Source: a virus (taxonomy: Duplodnaviria > Caudoviricetes). Taken from it: a DNA stretch of 64,000 bases. The notes below the pieces were generated by a model, which had not been told where the DNA came from, searched no databases, and worked only from the letters and a program-made list of their open reading frames with translations. The stretch is from the IMG/VR virus record IMGVR_UViG_3300001525_000092, positions 1 through 64,000 of that record. One strand, given 5' to 3'. How positions within the stretch are numbered: position 1 is the stretch's first letter; each line of letters opens with the position of its first letter. Position numbers and translations under genes: made by a program. Shown in pieces: positions 1 through 9,971 of the stretch.

Positions 1-3
1 GTA

Positions 4-822
4 TTGAAAAGCGAAGAGTTCAAGAAAAGAATCAAAGCAACAAACTTAGAAAGATATGGATGTTGCTATATAGGAGGGAGTGTATGTATCAAAGAAAAGA
101 AGGAAAATACATGCATAGAAAGATATGGTGTTAAGTCATACTTTAACAGCAATGATTTTAAAGAAAAGAAGAAAAATGCATGCATAGAAAGATATGGTGT
201 TGATAATCCATTCAAGTCCAATAAAATACAACAACAAATAAAGGAAACAAATATAAAGAAATATGGGGTAGATAATCCATTTGTATCTCCTATTTTAAGA
301 CAAAAAGGAATAAAGACAATGATAAAGAAATATGGTAGCCCTTACATTTCTCAGACTAAAGACTGGAAAGAAAATATGTCTAGATTAATGTCTAGTGAAG
401 AAATGCAAGAGCATAGATACGCTATCATGAAGAAAAATCATTCCTTTATGGGTTCTATATCTAAAGCAGAGAAGAAAGTGCTAGAGATGCTGAAGACTGT
501 CTATCCTGACATCATCCATCAATATAGAGACAATGAGAGATATCCTTGGAACTGCGACTTCTATGTTCCAAGCAAAGACTTGTTCATAGAATACCAAGGC
601 TACTACACTCACAACACACATCCTTATAATGATGACAATGAAGAAGACAGAAAAGAAGTAGAAAGACTTATATCGAAGTATGGTGAAGATAGTCAGACAG
701 TCACTATATGGACTAAGAAAGATGTAGAGAAGCGAACTACTGCAAAGAAGAACAACTTGCATTATATAGAGTTCTTCAGTATAAAAGAAGTTGAAAAGTA
801 CATAGAGAATCCTATATTTTGA
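4..822 (+). CDS. Free-standing homing endonuclease-like protein, 5'-truncated by window edge ((K/R)YGVDNPF repeats plus C-terminal Vsr/PD-(D/E)XK-type nuclease domain)
   Basis: Repeated ERYGV/KYGVDNPF units, then SKAE...YPWNCDFYVPSKDLFIEYQGYYTH...WTKKDVEKR; paralogous to 35934-37082 and 62544-63620. Confidence 0.75.
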   Translation: MKSEEFKKRIKATNLERYGCCYIGGSVCIKEKKENTCIERYGVKSYFNSNDFKEKKKNACIERYGVDNPFKSNKIQQQIKETNIKKYGVDNPFVSPILRQKGIKTMIKKYGSPYISQTKDWKENMSRLMSSEEMQEHRYAIMKKNHSFMGSISKAEKKVLEMLKTVYPDIIHQYRDNERYPWNCDFYVPSKDLFIEYQGYYTHNTHPYNDDNEEDRKEVERLISKYGEDSQTVTIWTKKDVEKRTTAKKNNLHYIEFFSIKEVEKYIENPIF

Positions 823-844
823 TTGAACATTAATAAGAAGAAAA

Positions 845-2113
845 ATGGAACAGAACAAGAAGATAGAGTTTAGTGATGACATCAAGAAGTTGCTAGCAGA
901 GAAATACCCAAATAAAGACATATACAATATGTCATTAGAAGAACTTAAAAAGTTCAGAGAAACAATTGAAGAGTTGCGAGAAGAATACTTCATGTTAGAA
1001 ATAGCGCAAAAACAGCTTGGAAATGCGAGTTATGGTGCGTGCGCGAACCAGTTCTTCTATTATTATAATCCGAGGTTGGCCGCAGATATAACCGGAGAGT
1101 GCCGTGTCCTGACAAAGTTCATGTGGAATCGTCTTGAGAAGTTCTTCCATGAAGACATTTGGGAACGCAAAGACTTATGGAAGAAGTTCAATTTTGAATT
1201 GGATCCATCAAAGAAAGAATGGTATTCGAACAAAGTCGTGAGCACATATAGTGATACCGACTCCGTTTATTCTTCTTATGGAGACTTCTTTAGATGTTGG
1301 ACAGAAGAAGCATTGAAGACAGTTCCTGACAGAGATAGTAAGATCAATTGGATATTGAAGTTCAATCAAGAGTTTCTTGACAAGCAGAATACTGAGTGGA
1401 TGGATGAGATGTACAATCCTAGACATGCTAAGTCAGTTCATGCATTTGAGCTTGAGACAGTCTCAGAAGCAACTATTGTATTGAAGAAGAAGAAATATTT
1501 GAAAGCAATGTCTTATTCGAAAGGCAAGTGGTTCACTCCATCTAAGATAACAGGTGTAGGTGTTGAGCTCATCAAGTCTACTTCTCCTAAGCTTGCTAAA
1601 GAGATAATCACAGACATGACTCACTCATTAGTGTATGAGACTACTGACATGGATCCTCAAGCATACATGATATACTTCAATCAGAAATTAGAGAAGTGGA
1701 AGAAGAAGTTCTGGAGCGCTGCTATAGAAGATATAAGTCAATCCATAGGAATAGGTGCTTATAAGAAATACGTTCTCGAAGACAAAGACAATCTTGTTCT
1801 TGCTAAGAAAGCTCCAGTGTCAGTGAAGTGTGCAGCGCGATTCAATCATCTTGCCCACTTGAACAATGAAGACAACAAGAGAATGCTATCAGGAAAGATC
1901 AAGTACTACAATATCAGACTAGGCTCAGGAAAGAAATCAGAAACTGATTACTTCGGATATCCATCTGGAGAGCTTCCATCTTGGGCTCCTGAGTGTGACA
2001 GAGCAACACAATGGGCGAAGAATGTGATAGAGCCATTGAATAGATTCCTTGAAGCAATGAACTTCCCTACGGTGAATGGAAATGGAACATTGCAATTTGA
2101 CTTGTTTGGTTAG
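845..2113 (+). CDS. Family B DNA polymerase, C-terminal (fingers/palm/thumb) subunit of a split gp43-like polymerase
   Basis: Motif B KQLGNASYG, motif C YSDTDSVY, KKKY and GVELIKSTSP; no exonuclease domain or motif A (DxxSLYP). Confidence 0.9.
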   Translation: MEQNKKIEFSDDIKKLLAEKYPNKDIYNMSLEELKKFRETIEELREEYFMLEIAQKQLGNASYGACANQFFYYYNPRLAADITGECRVLTKFMWNRLEKFFHEDIWERKDLWKKFNFELDPSKKEWYSNKVVSTYSDTDSVYSSYGDFFRCWTEEALKTVPDRDSKINWILKFNQEFLDKQNTEWMDEMYNPRHAKSVHAFELETVSEATIVLKKKKYLKAMSYSKGKWFTPSKITGVGVELIKSTSPKLAKEIITDMTHSLVYETTDMDPQAYMIYFNQKLEKWKKKFWSAAIEDISQSIGIGAYKKYVLEDKDNLVLAKKAPVSVKCAARFNHLAHLNNEDNKRMLSGKIKYYNIRLGSGKKSETDYFGYPSGELPSWAPECDRATQWAKNVIEPLNRFLEAMNFPTVNGNGTLQFDLFG

Positions 2114-2129
2114 AAGTAACATTTGAGAT

Positions 2130-2138
2130 TATTTTTAA
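2130..2138 (+). promoter_or_regulatory. Putative late promoter motif TATTTTTAA
   Basis: Same 9-mer lies about 15-40 nt upstream of several probable virion or internal-protein genes. Confidence 0.45.
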
Positions 2139-2166
2139 CTAAATGAGATAATCACTAAATAAAGAT

Positions 2167-2793
2167 ATGGCTAAGAAAGAGAAAGCAATAGCACAAGAAT
2201 CTATCACAGAAGATGTGAAGAACTCAACTGTTGTATTGAATGACAATACAAGTGACAATGAAGCAAACTGTCCAGTCCACAATGACACTGCTTGTGAATG
2301 TGAGCCTGGTCATTGTCCTAACAAGAATTGCAAAGATGGAAAGTACTGGACTGTAGCAACAAAGACTGACAAGTACCAGTATCACTTTGATGAGAACTTT
2401 GCTACAATAGAGCAAATTGATACTAATCCGGATGCTGATCATCGTCAAGCAAATCCTAGCTATGAAGAGAAAAAAGATACAGAACCTACACCAACTCCTA
2501 ATCCAGATGATGACAAGAAAGATGACACACCATCATCTGATGAGTGTCCTAATGACTTAGAAGAGCCATGGGCACATGACAAAGTAGGTGAGTTGAGAGA
2601 AGAGCTTCATCTTCACACAGGATCTAACTATGATGTAGTAGATGCTTGGATAGAAGACATCAAGAATGAGCAAGATGCTGATACTAAAGCGGCTAAGATT
2701 GCTCATGTAGCATGGCACATTCCTACAGGAGGACATCATGCAATAAAAGCACACCATAAAGACTTGATTGTTGCTGAGCTTAAGAAGTTGTAA
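2167..2793 (+). CDS. Hypothetical acidic protein
   Basis: 208-aa ORF with genome-typical codon usage, preceded by TATTTTTAA. Confidence 0.7.
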   Translation: MAKKEKAIAQESITEDVKNSTVVLNDNTSDNEANCPVHNDTACECEPGHCPNKNCKDGKYWTVATKTDKYQYHFDENFATIEQIDTNPDADHRQANPSYEEKKDTEPTPTPNPDDDKKDDTPSSDECPNDLEEPWAHDKVGELREELHLHTGSNYDVVDAWIEDIKNEQDADTKAAKIAHVAWHIPTGGHHAIKAHHKDLIVAELKKL

Positions 2794-2888
2794 CAATTGC
2801 TTGTTTGTTGTTGCTACTATTGAAATAATCATCTGTTACATCCTATATTTGTTATGTTAATTAATCTAATTTCTAAATAGACAATATT

Positions 2889-3140
2889 ATGTTCAATGGA
2901 TTTGTTTCATTATATAAGAAAGATGATAAGAGTCATCTTTTCTTCTTTCCTGGAATAGATGACAATGGAAAGCCCATATTCATGTCACTAGACATGACTA
3001 ACATCAGCAACAACTACACATTCATCAAGAATTCTGATGGATCTATAGACTATGCATTTGATGAAGATGTGTCTAAAGTGACAGCAGACTTGATATACAA
3101 GAAGACAGGACTTGCTTATCGCATGACTGTACATCTATAA
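2889..3140 (+). CDS. Hypothetical protein
   Basis: ORF with typical codon usage. Confidence 0.6.
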   Translation: MFNGFVSLYKKDDKSHLFFFPGIDDNGKPIFMSLDMTNISNNYTFIKNSDGSIDYAFDEDVSKVTADLIYKKTGLAYRMTVHL

Positions 3141-3149
3141 GACTTTGAC

Positions 3150-3731
3150 ATGATATACACAGAACATAAAGACCACTCATTCATATATGTGAAAGGATGT
3201 CCATCTAATCCAGTAGGCGTGATGAACAGACTTATTGCGTGTGGAGGTGTAGCATTTGATGAGTTCAAGTCAATTGAGCTTGCTAATCCGCACCACATAT
3301 TCTACATTGATTTCCATGATGGCAATCACATCAAGTACATGGAAGATGATTCTATGCTATGGGAATCATTGAAGGATGTATGGAAAGAGTTGCCTCCATT
3401 GAATGTGATAGACAAGTATCCTGAGTCATGGGAAGAAGCAGTTGACAACTTCTATGAAGCTTCTTCTTATGAAGATGATGAGAAGTCAGACTTGAGAGAT
3501 GACTTGTATGAGCTAGGAAAAGTCATTGTTTTGCGAGACTTGTACAGAAAAGGATGGGTACCGTCTCATGATGGAAGTCCATTCTGGTATGTCGGTCTTC
3601 ACAATGATGAGCTAGACATCAGGAAAGGAAATGCATGGAATGCATTGCTCTCTTTCCAGAATGAAGAGATTGCTAACTTGTTCTTGCATACTTTTGAGAA
3701 GTCTATAGAGAATGTGAAAGAATACATATAG
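3150..3731 (+). CDS. Hypothetical phage protein
   Basis: 193-aa ORF with typical codon usage. Confidence 0.7.
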   Translation: MIYTEHKDHSFIYVKGCPSNPVGVMNRLIACGGVAFDEFKSIELANPHHIFYIDFHDGNHIKYMEDDSMLWESLKDVWKELPPLNVIDKYPESWEEAVDNFYEASSYEDDEKSDLRDDLYELGKVIVLRDLYRKGWVPSHDGSPFWYVGLHNDELDIRKGNAWNALLSFQNEEIANLFLHTFEKSIENVKEYI

Positions 3732-3766
3732 AATACATTTATAAAAGAACATATCTCCTTTCTGGA

Positions 3767-3802
3767 TGCAGTTGCTCGTGATGAGTAGCTGCATTTTTTT
3801 TT
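3767..3802 (+). terminator. Intrinsic terminator
   Basis: atgcagttgctc-gtgat-gagtagctgcat stem followed by a T-run. Confidence 0.7.
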
Positions 3803-3820
3803 GAAATTTCATCACTTATT

Positions 3821-3849
3821 TTTGAAATTTCTAGAACATTGCCTATATT
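3821..3849 (+). promoter_or_regulatory. Putative early promoter TTGAAA-N16-TATATT
   Basis: TTGAAA 3822-3827, TATATT 3844-3849; one of 12 copies with a 16-nt spacer. Confidence 0.75.
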
Positions 3850-3884
3850 TATCATGTCTAAAATAAAGTTGAACAATTTAAATA

Positions 3885-4676
3885 ATGATTATCATGACAT
3901 ACAACGAAATCAAGAACAAGTTTACATCAATTGAGTCAATCAACTCTCGCTTTGCCGAGATCGAGAAACTATATGATGAGAAGAACAAGAAGCTGAATGA
4001 AGTCGATGACAAGCACTTTGAGTTGATCAAGTCTTTCTTGAGTGAGAAACTCAATTCTACTTATGAGCTAAAGTCTCTCACTCCTTCTAACATGAGACTG
4101 TATGTTGGAAATGACACTTTCTACTCAATTCAGTTCTGGTTTGGATATGATGTTCTTGATTGGAAGAATCCTGACAATCTAACCTGGAAGTTTGAGATGA
4201 ACATCGCATCTTGCGGAAACTTCTCTGTCAATAGCAACTCTGATGACAGAATCTTCAACTACTACAACACTATTGCTACTATTCTTTCTGATGTAGATCT
4301 CAGAACATCACTAGAGAAGAAAGTGAGAGAGTATGCTGATGAGATTGAAGAGACTAGAAAGCTAACAAGAGGTCTTACTTCAGAGAAGCAGCAACTTGAG
4401 ATACTCAAGAAGAACTTAGAGAAAGAAAGCATCGAGGTTGGCTATTACGAAGAAGCAAAGAATGCTTCTGACAAGACTCAGCTTGTGATAATTGACAAGA
4501 AAGCTAATCTAGAGAATTGCAAAGCAACACACCGCGGTACTCCAGTCACATTCCATTCATCTCTCATGCCTAACAATGCTTATGAAGAAGCCTGCAAGAA
4601 GTGCAAAGAGATGAACAAGATGAACAAGAATGCAAGATACATTGCAACTGAAGTACGTTACATCAAGTTCAACTAA
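3885..4676 (+). CDS. Hypothetical coiled-coil protein
   Basis: 263-aa ORF behind promoter motif. Confidence 0.7.
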   Translation: MIIMTYNEIKNKFTSIESINSRFAEIEKLYDEKNKKLNEVDDKHFELIKSFLSEKLNSTYELKSLTPSNMRLYVGNDTFYSIQFWFGYDVLDWKNPDNLTWKFEMNIASCGNFSVNSNSDDRIFNYYNTIATILSDVDLRTSLEKKVREYADEIEETRKLTRGLTSEKQQLEILKKNLEKESIEVGYYEEAKNASDKTQLVIIDKKANLENCKATHRGTPVTFHSSLMPNNAYEEACKKCKEMNKMNKNARYIATEVRYIKFN

Positions 4677-4693
4677 TCAATACAATACACATT

Positions 4694-4986
4694 ATGAGCA
4701 ACAACATATCTTATGAAGAGAACTTAGCAGTGTTCAACTCCGGAAAGCAACTCAAGTACAGAAAGACAATGATGGAAACTTGACATGGATTGACAAAGTT
4801 CAGTATGTAGGTCAGAGAATTGTTTCATCTAGTTGGTTCTCCAGAAAATTGGAGACTATCAATTTCTGTGATGAGCATGGAGAGCAGACTTACTTCGACA
4901 ATGCTAGAGACATCATAGACTGGTTCAAGCATCTTGATGGAGAGAAGACTAAAGTGGTTAAGTCATACAGTTTAGAAGCAAAATAA
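4694..4986 (+). pseudogene. Hypothetical protein split by an apparent 1-nt frameshift near 4760
   Basis: ATG at 4694 (MSNNISYEENLAVFNSGKQLKYR) stops at 4783; one extra A in AGAAAGAC joins it to KDNDGNLTWIDKV of ORF 4780-4986. Confidence 0.5.
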
Positions 4987-4993
4987 GAAAATC

Positions 4994-6301
4994 ATGGAAA
5001 TATTAGTGAATGGAAAGTACAACAAGGACTGCAAGATATTTGCAAAGACTATAGAAGATGAAGCATTGAAGACTATCTACTCTATATGTGACTGTCCAGC
5101 ATTCAAAGATCAGAAGATGCGAATCATGCCCGATGTGCACCAAGGTTGTGGAATTGTCATTGGATTCAGCTCCACTATAGATGAAGACAATCCATTGATC
5201 AATCCATCACATGTTGGTGTTGACATTGGTTGCCAAGTGACTTGCTTAGAAATGTCAAAGCCTTGTCCTGAAGAAAGCTATCCATTGCTCGAGCATCGAT
5301 GGAAGAAGTCTATTCCTATGGGATTCTCTATATATGACAAGAAGATTGCAGAAGAGAAGAAGTTCTACAAGATGTGCAACGCTGCTATAGACTGGGCTAT
5401 TGCATCTACTAAGCTTGTCAACAATGTCCACATAGATGAGAAGTACATCTCTAAGATGCTCAAGAGAATTGGGATGGATGAAGGAACTTTCTGGAAGTCA
5501 TTAGGAACAGTAGGTGGAGGCAATCACTTCTTGTCTTATGATACTGATGATGACAGAAATGGGTACATCATGATACACTGTGGATCACGCAACTTCGGGC
5601 TGAAGGTAGCAAAGTACTGGATGAGTGTTGCTGCTAAGCCATATCATGTTGACACTTCTTCTTTGGCTAAAGAGATAGAGAAGATAAAAGATTCTTATCC
5701 TAAGTCAGAGTGGAATGCTAGAATCAAAGAAGCAAAAGAGACAATAGTGTCATTGGTTCCAACTGGTTATCTTTCAGGTAATGATGTAGTAGGTTACTTG
5801 ACTGACATGGTGATAGCACAGACTTATGCTAACTACAATCATGCATTGATATCCGAGAAGATGATAGAGATCTATAGAAAGATTGTCAAAGGTGCAAAGG
5901 TAATCAATACCATCAATACTATGCACAACTACATAGACTTTGATGACATGATTATCAGAAAAGGTGCAGTCAATGCTAGCTATGGTCGTCGTCTTGTCAT
6001 TCCTATCAACATGAGAGATGGTGTCTTGATATGTTGTGGAAGAGGAAATGAAGACTGGAACTGCACTGCTCCACACGGCGCTGGTCGACTAATGTCTCGT
6101 TCTTCTTCTAAGGAGAATCTTTCTATGGAAGAGTTCAAAGAAGAGATGAAAGATGTCTATTCAACATCTGTCAACAAGTCAACTCTTGATGAGTCACCTA
6201 TGGCTTACAAGCCTATGCAGGAAATAATTGATGAAATTGATCCTACTGTTCAGATACTGAAACGAATCAAAGAACGCATCAATATCAAGGCGAGTGAATG
6301 A
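4994..6301 (+). CDS. rtcB: RtcB-family RNA ligase
   Basis: MPDVHQG, VGVDIGC, LGTVGGGNHF, IHCGSRNFG, HNY, RKGA, APHGAGR, DESPMAYK motifs. Confidence 0.95.
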   Translation: MEILVNGKYNKDCKIFAKTIEDEALKTIYSICDCPAFKDQKMRIMPDVHQGCGIVIGFSSTIDEDNPLINPSHVGVDIGCQVTCLEMSKPCPEESYPLLEHRWKKSIPMGFSIYDKKIAEEKKFYKMCNAAIDWAIASTKLVNNVHIDEKYISKMLKRIGMDEGTFWKSLGTVGGGNHFLSYDTDDDRNGYIMIHCGSRNFGLKVAKYWMSVAAKPYHVDTSSLAKEIEKIKDSYPKSEWNARIKEAKETIVSLVPTGYLSGNDVVGYLTDMVIAQTYANYNHALISEKMIEIYRKIVKGAKVINTINTMHNYIDFDDMIIRKGAVNASYGRRLVIPINMRDGVLICCGRGNEDWNCTAPHGAGRLMSRSSSKENLSMEEFKEEMKDVYSTSVNKSTLDESPMAYKPMQEIIDEIDPTVQILKRIKERINIKASE

Positions 6302-6333
6302 GATGCTCGCAGAAAGCCGCTGGGTGGCCTTTA

Positions 6334-6408
6334 GGCGCCGCTGGCGGCCGCGAAAGTACTTGAGTTATAAATTATGAACCTGGGACTTTTTCGCGGCCGC
6401 CAGCGGCC
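6334..6408. repeat. GC-rich hairpin element, copy 1
   Basis: 19-bp inverted repeat gccgctggcggccgcgaaa (6337-6355) / tttcgcggccgccagcggc (6389-6407) around an AT core containing TATAAATTAT. Confidence 0.9.
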
Positions 6409-6421
6409 TATTTAGCTTTAT

Positions 6422-6450
6422 TTTGAAATTTCTTCTACTTTTACTATCTT
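6422..6450 (+). promoter_or_regulatory. Putative early promoter (TTGAAA-N16-TATCTT variant)
   Basis: TTGAAA 6423-6428, TATCTT 6445-6450. Confidence 0.6.
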
Positions 6451-6478
6451 TAGATTGCTTAATACATATATTCATAAA

Positions 6479-6802
6479 ATGAAATACTTATGGACTAACA
6501 AAGAAATACATGTTGGAGACTTGTGTCTACTAGTGTATGGAGCAGAAGACATACCTAACTCTAAAGGAAACAGAGTTCCAGACATGAAGCTCATTCCTGT
6601 ACGGATATCTAAGTATGATGAGAAGACAAAGGAATGGTGGATTGACTTGTACACTATCAAGAACAGAAAGTTTGTTCCATTGGAAGTAGGACCAGACAAG
6701 ATAAACTGCTTGATATCAACAAGAGAAAGTGGTATCTTAGGAAGATTGATTCCATACAACTGGCTAGAAGAAATCAACATCAACTATAGAGACAAACATT
6801 AA
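6479..6802 (+). CDS. Hypothetical protein
   Basis: ATG at 6479 within ORF 6455-6802. Confidence 0.6.
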   Translation: MKYLWTNKEIHVGDLCLLVYGAEDIPNSKGNRVPDMKLIPVRISKYDEKTKEWWIDLYTIKNRKFVPLEVGPDKINCLISTRESGILGRLIPYNWLEEININYRDKH

Positions 6803-6815
6803 ATACATTAAGATT

Positions 6816-7667
6816 ATGATAAAGTTTGAAGTAGTAGGAGTACAGTACAAGAATGATGAGCATAGTCAAGCACTTGCTACAGTCATCTATGCTAAGATGA
6901 ACATGCTTGTCATCGGGTTAGAAGAAGCTAAGCACATCAGTGCAATAGTAGTAAGATGCAGTGACTTTCACAACATAGTAGAAGTATGGAAAGAGCTTTG
7001 TCATGCAGCTCAGTACTTCAACTGCAAGATGATATGTTGGCACCACAATTGCCAGTTCATAGTCTATCCTGACTCAGATGAGAACTTGATAGATGAGTGG
7101 GCATACTATATCATTGACTATCGACTTCTGAAGTTTGGTCCTTATGCTCCTATCAAGAAGAAGAGCTATGAAGCATTCTGCGATGCATACTCTTCTTCTA
7201 ACAGAGCACTCAATAGACTATATAAAGAAATCAAAGAACAGAAGAAGAAGAGAGCTAGCATCATCTATGACAGATTTGCTTTTGATGTCAAAGATGAGAT
7301 TGGCATGAGTGACATTGATGCAGGCACCCCAAAAGTTGTCGAGAAGAACATCAATGCTATATTGAAGATGGTGATAGGAATTCATGACAAGTCTAAAGAG
7401 AAGTACTTGTCTGACTTCAAGTATGACTTAAGTGACAACTATACTTGGTGCTGTGGTCCTAACAACAGAAAGTTTAAAGTGCAAGACTATCTATTTGAAG
7501 AGTGGCTTGATTCTATTGATGAGATGAAAGGAAACTATGGAGAGAACTATGAGATAGCAGCACTCTACATCAAGAAGTATCTGATGAAGAAGCTTGGAAT
7601 GGATGAAGAGAAGTTCCAAGACACATACTACAACTATTTTGCAAACTTAATTAAGAATCATGATTGA
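6816..7667 (+). CDS. Hypothetical protein, paralog of 7660-8661
   Basis: Shares WK..C..A...NCK.I......FIV...S.E...DE block with next ORF. Confidence 0.7.
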   Translation: MIKFEVVGVQYKNDEHSQALATVIYAKMNMLVIGLEEAKHISAIVVRCSDFHNIVEVWKELCHAAQYFNCKMICWHHNCQFIVYPDSDENLIDEWAYYIIDYRLLKFGPYAPIKKKSYEAFCDAYSSSNRALNRLYKEIKEQKKKRASIIYDRFAFDVKDEIGMSDIDAGTPKVVEKNINAILKMVIGIHDKSKEKYLSDFKYDLSDNYTWCCGPNNRKFKVQDYLFEEWLDSIDEMKGNYGENYEIAALYIKKYLMKKLGMDEEKFQDTYYNYFANLIKNHD

Positions 7668-8661
7668 CATGACAGAAGAACTAAAGAAAGCAGCAAGCTA
7701 TTTCTATGTAGAGAAGATCTACATGAAGGATAGAAAGACTGGAGAGCTTGGAATGCATTTTAGCAATCCGAGGAACATGAAGCTTTCCTATGCACTAGAT
7801 GATAAGTATAAAGTTGACTGGGAAGATGTTGATGCTATTTATTGCACAGTAGAATATGTTGAGAATAAACTATATACTATTGACAATATTTGCAAGCATT
7901 GGAAACATGCTTGTTCTATAGCAAGAGAACTGAACTGCAAAGTAATCTACTATATAGCATGTTCTAAGTTCATAGTAAGTAGTGAGTCGAATGAGTACAT
8001 GATGGATGAGTTGATGCCAAAGCCATCATTCTTCAATAGCTACTACAATTGTGACTACTTCCTTCATAGTAGATTTGAAGACTTTGACTGCAATGCAGAC
8101 ATCATCATCAAGATGAAGATGAAGCAAGTAGGTCCTGTCAAGATGCCATTGTTGACAAAGCAATACTTTGAGTACATGGACAATCACAATAGCTTCATTT
8201 ATAGAACTAACAGATTGCTAGTAGAAGTAGAGCAAGAATACAAAGCTATTGCTTACATGAAATACAAGAGTTACTTGAAGCTAGGAGAAAGTTACAATGA
8301 CTTGGAAGTTGACGGAAAAGAAATAGAGTCATTTTCTGATAACAACAAGAAACTTGCTAGTAAGTTGCTCAAGATAGTATATGCGGTGTTCGATCACTTT
8401 GAGTACATGTCAAGTCCGGAGTGTGGAGTGGTATCATCAGATGATGCTTGGAATGCTATAATGGAAGAGATCAACTTCATCATTGCATATCAGTTTGCTA
8501 CTGAGACTAATGACAAGAACTTGAAGTACATCATCATTGCTATTAAAAATCATTGCATCAACAACAACATGATACCAGATCCATGGGAAGAGTTAGAGAA
8601 TATGAGATGGACAGACAAAGAATATATAGAAAAAATTAAGAAAAAAATGATCAAAGTTTGA
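7660..8661 (+). CDS. Hypothetical protein, paralog of 6816-7667
   Basis: Overlaps upstream ORF; shared sequence blocks. Confidence 0.7.
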   Translation: MIDMTEELKKAASYFYVEKIYMKDRKTGELGMHFSNPRNMKLSYALDDKYKVDWEDVDAIYCTVEYVENKLYTIDNICKHWKHACSIARELNCKVIYYIACSKFIVSSESNEYMMDELMPKPSFFNSYYNCDYFLHSRFEDFDCNADIIIKMKMKQVGPVKMPLLTKQYFEYMDNHNSFIYRTNRLLVEVEQEYKAIAYMKYKSYLKLGESYNDLEVDGKEIESFSDNNKKLASKLLKIVYAVFDHFEYMSSPECGVVSSDDAWNAIMEEINFIIAYQFATETNDKNLKYIIIAIKNHCINNNMIPDPWEELENMRWTDKEYIEKIKKKMIKV

Positions 8662-8685
8662 AATTATTTAGTTTGATTCTATATT
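8657..8685 (+). promoter_or_regulatory. Putative early promoter TTGAAA-N16-TATATT
   Basis: TTGAAA 8658-8663, TATATT 8680-8685. Confidence 0.75.
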
Positions 8686-8718
8686 ATTCATGTCAATAAA
8701 ATAATAACAAATTAAATA

Positions 8719-9105
8719 ATGATGATTATGATTACAAACAACACATACAATGCTCTTGAGAATCTTCTTTTAGATAATGTTAAGTTAGTCAAGATCAAAG
8801 ACTTAGCACCTAATTATGCAGACAGTGTATCGGCTACATTCTCTATTGATAGTTTTGATGACACTATCATCATGACACTTACTAGAGCAGAATATGATGA
8901 TGATCTTGACCTTCCAGTGAACAAGAGCAAGTCATTCAAGCTAGATCCAGAGAAAGAGTATGAGTTCATGGATGTGTCTGAAAATCCTATTCTTGATACT
9001 ATCAACTTCATGTTAGAGCAATTGCAAGATAAGCTCAATGAAGAGTATGGAATTGCTCCTATCGGAACTACTAAGCTTAAGAATTCTAATGCATTAGAAT
9101 TCTAA
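8719..9105 (+). CDS. Hypothetical protein
   Basis: ORF behind promoter motif. Confidence 0.65.
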   Translation: MMIMITNNTYNALENLLLDNVKLVKIKDLAPNYADSVSATFSIDSFDDTIIMTLTRAEYDDDLDLPVNKSKSFKLDPEKEYEFMDVSENPILDTINFMLEQLQDKLNEEYGIAPIGTTKLKNSNALEF

Positions 9106-9111
9106 ATCATT

Positions 9112-9140
9112 TTTGAAATTTAATTCAACTTTCCTATATT
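9112..9140 (+). promoter_or_regulatory. Putative early promoter TTGAAA-N16-TATATT
   Basis: TTGAAA 9113-9118, TATATT 9135-9140. Confidence 0.75.
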
Positions 9141-9186
9141 AAAACTGTAAATAAAACGAAGTATAGCATAATAATGACTAATAATT

Positions 9187-9624
9187 ATGACAGTAAGTAA
9201 AGAACAAGCAGAAAAATACAACAAGATGCATAAGTATTCTGACACTAACTATGAGAACAAGCCACAGAGAGTTCCTAATCCACATGAGAAGTTCATGTTC
9301 TTTGATGATGGAAAAATTAGTCTCTCTAGAATGTACCAAGCAGAAGTTCTTCGTACATATAAACCAAATGAAGCTCCAGAGTTTGTGAAGCAAGCTCTTC
9401 AAGACAATGACTGTGACTGGATTTATGCAAAAGATGAGAATGGCAAGTATGTGACTGATGTCTACATTGAGTGCAACATTCCTAAGTATGATGACAATCA
9501 CATCTGGTTTGCAAGAACTAAAGATGGTGGATTCTTCAGTCTAGACATTCAATCTGGTTGGCAAGGTGGAATCTTAGATGTAGATGGCCGACTAGAAGGC
9601 TACATTGAGTCACTCAATGACTAA
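9187..9624 (+). CDS. Hypothetical protein
   Basis: 145-aa ORF behind promoter motif. Confidence 0.7.
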   Translation: MTVSKEQAEKYNKMHKYSDTNYENKPQRVPNPHEKFMFFDDGKISLSRMYQAEVLRTYKPNEAPEFVKQALQDNDCDWIYAKDENGKYVTDVYIECNIPKYDDNHIWFARTKDGGFFSLDIQSGWQGGILDVDGRLEGYIESLND

Positions 9625-9686
9625 TGCTTACTAAGCAACTAAACAAACATATATATTTATAAATTTATTAAAAGAAGATAAGAATT

Positions 9687-9914
9687 ATGAAGAATGTAAA
9701 GAACACATCAAACTTGAAGTATGCAATGTTGTCAAATGGACTTGTAGTGAACATGGATCAGATTGTAGGAGTCCAGCCTAATCCAGACAAAGAGAATGAG
9801 TTCTATGTGCATACTACTACAGCTCAGTACTACAAGATCAATGCATCTGACTATGCATACTTGGTGACTTACGGACTTGGGCTTAATATTGAAGCTGCTG
9901 AAGAGAAGAAGTAA
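9687..9914 (+). CDS. Hypothetical protein
   Basis: 75-aa ORF, typical codon usage. Confidence 0.6.
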   Translation: MKNVKNTSNLKYAMLSNGLVVNMDQIVGVQPNPDKENEFYVHTTTAQYYKINASDYAYLVTYGLGLNIEAAEEKK

Positions 9915-9971
9915 AGACTATTTGTGAATTAGATATATAAAATCATGAGGCAATTGCAACCTCCTTTCTTT

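Noticed and set aside
481-993. Antisense and alternate-frame ORFs in the track (e.g. 481-993, 19778-20491, 20643-21197, 34507-34911)
   Set aside because: They overlap well-supported genes, have no recognisable motifs and are expected shadows of the codon bias
4694-4986. Programmed frameshift in the small gene before rtcB
   Set aside because: No slippery heptamer or downstream structure; a 1-nt deletion or sequencing error is as likely
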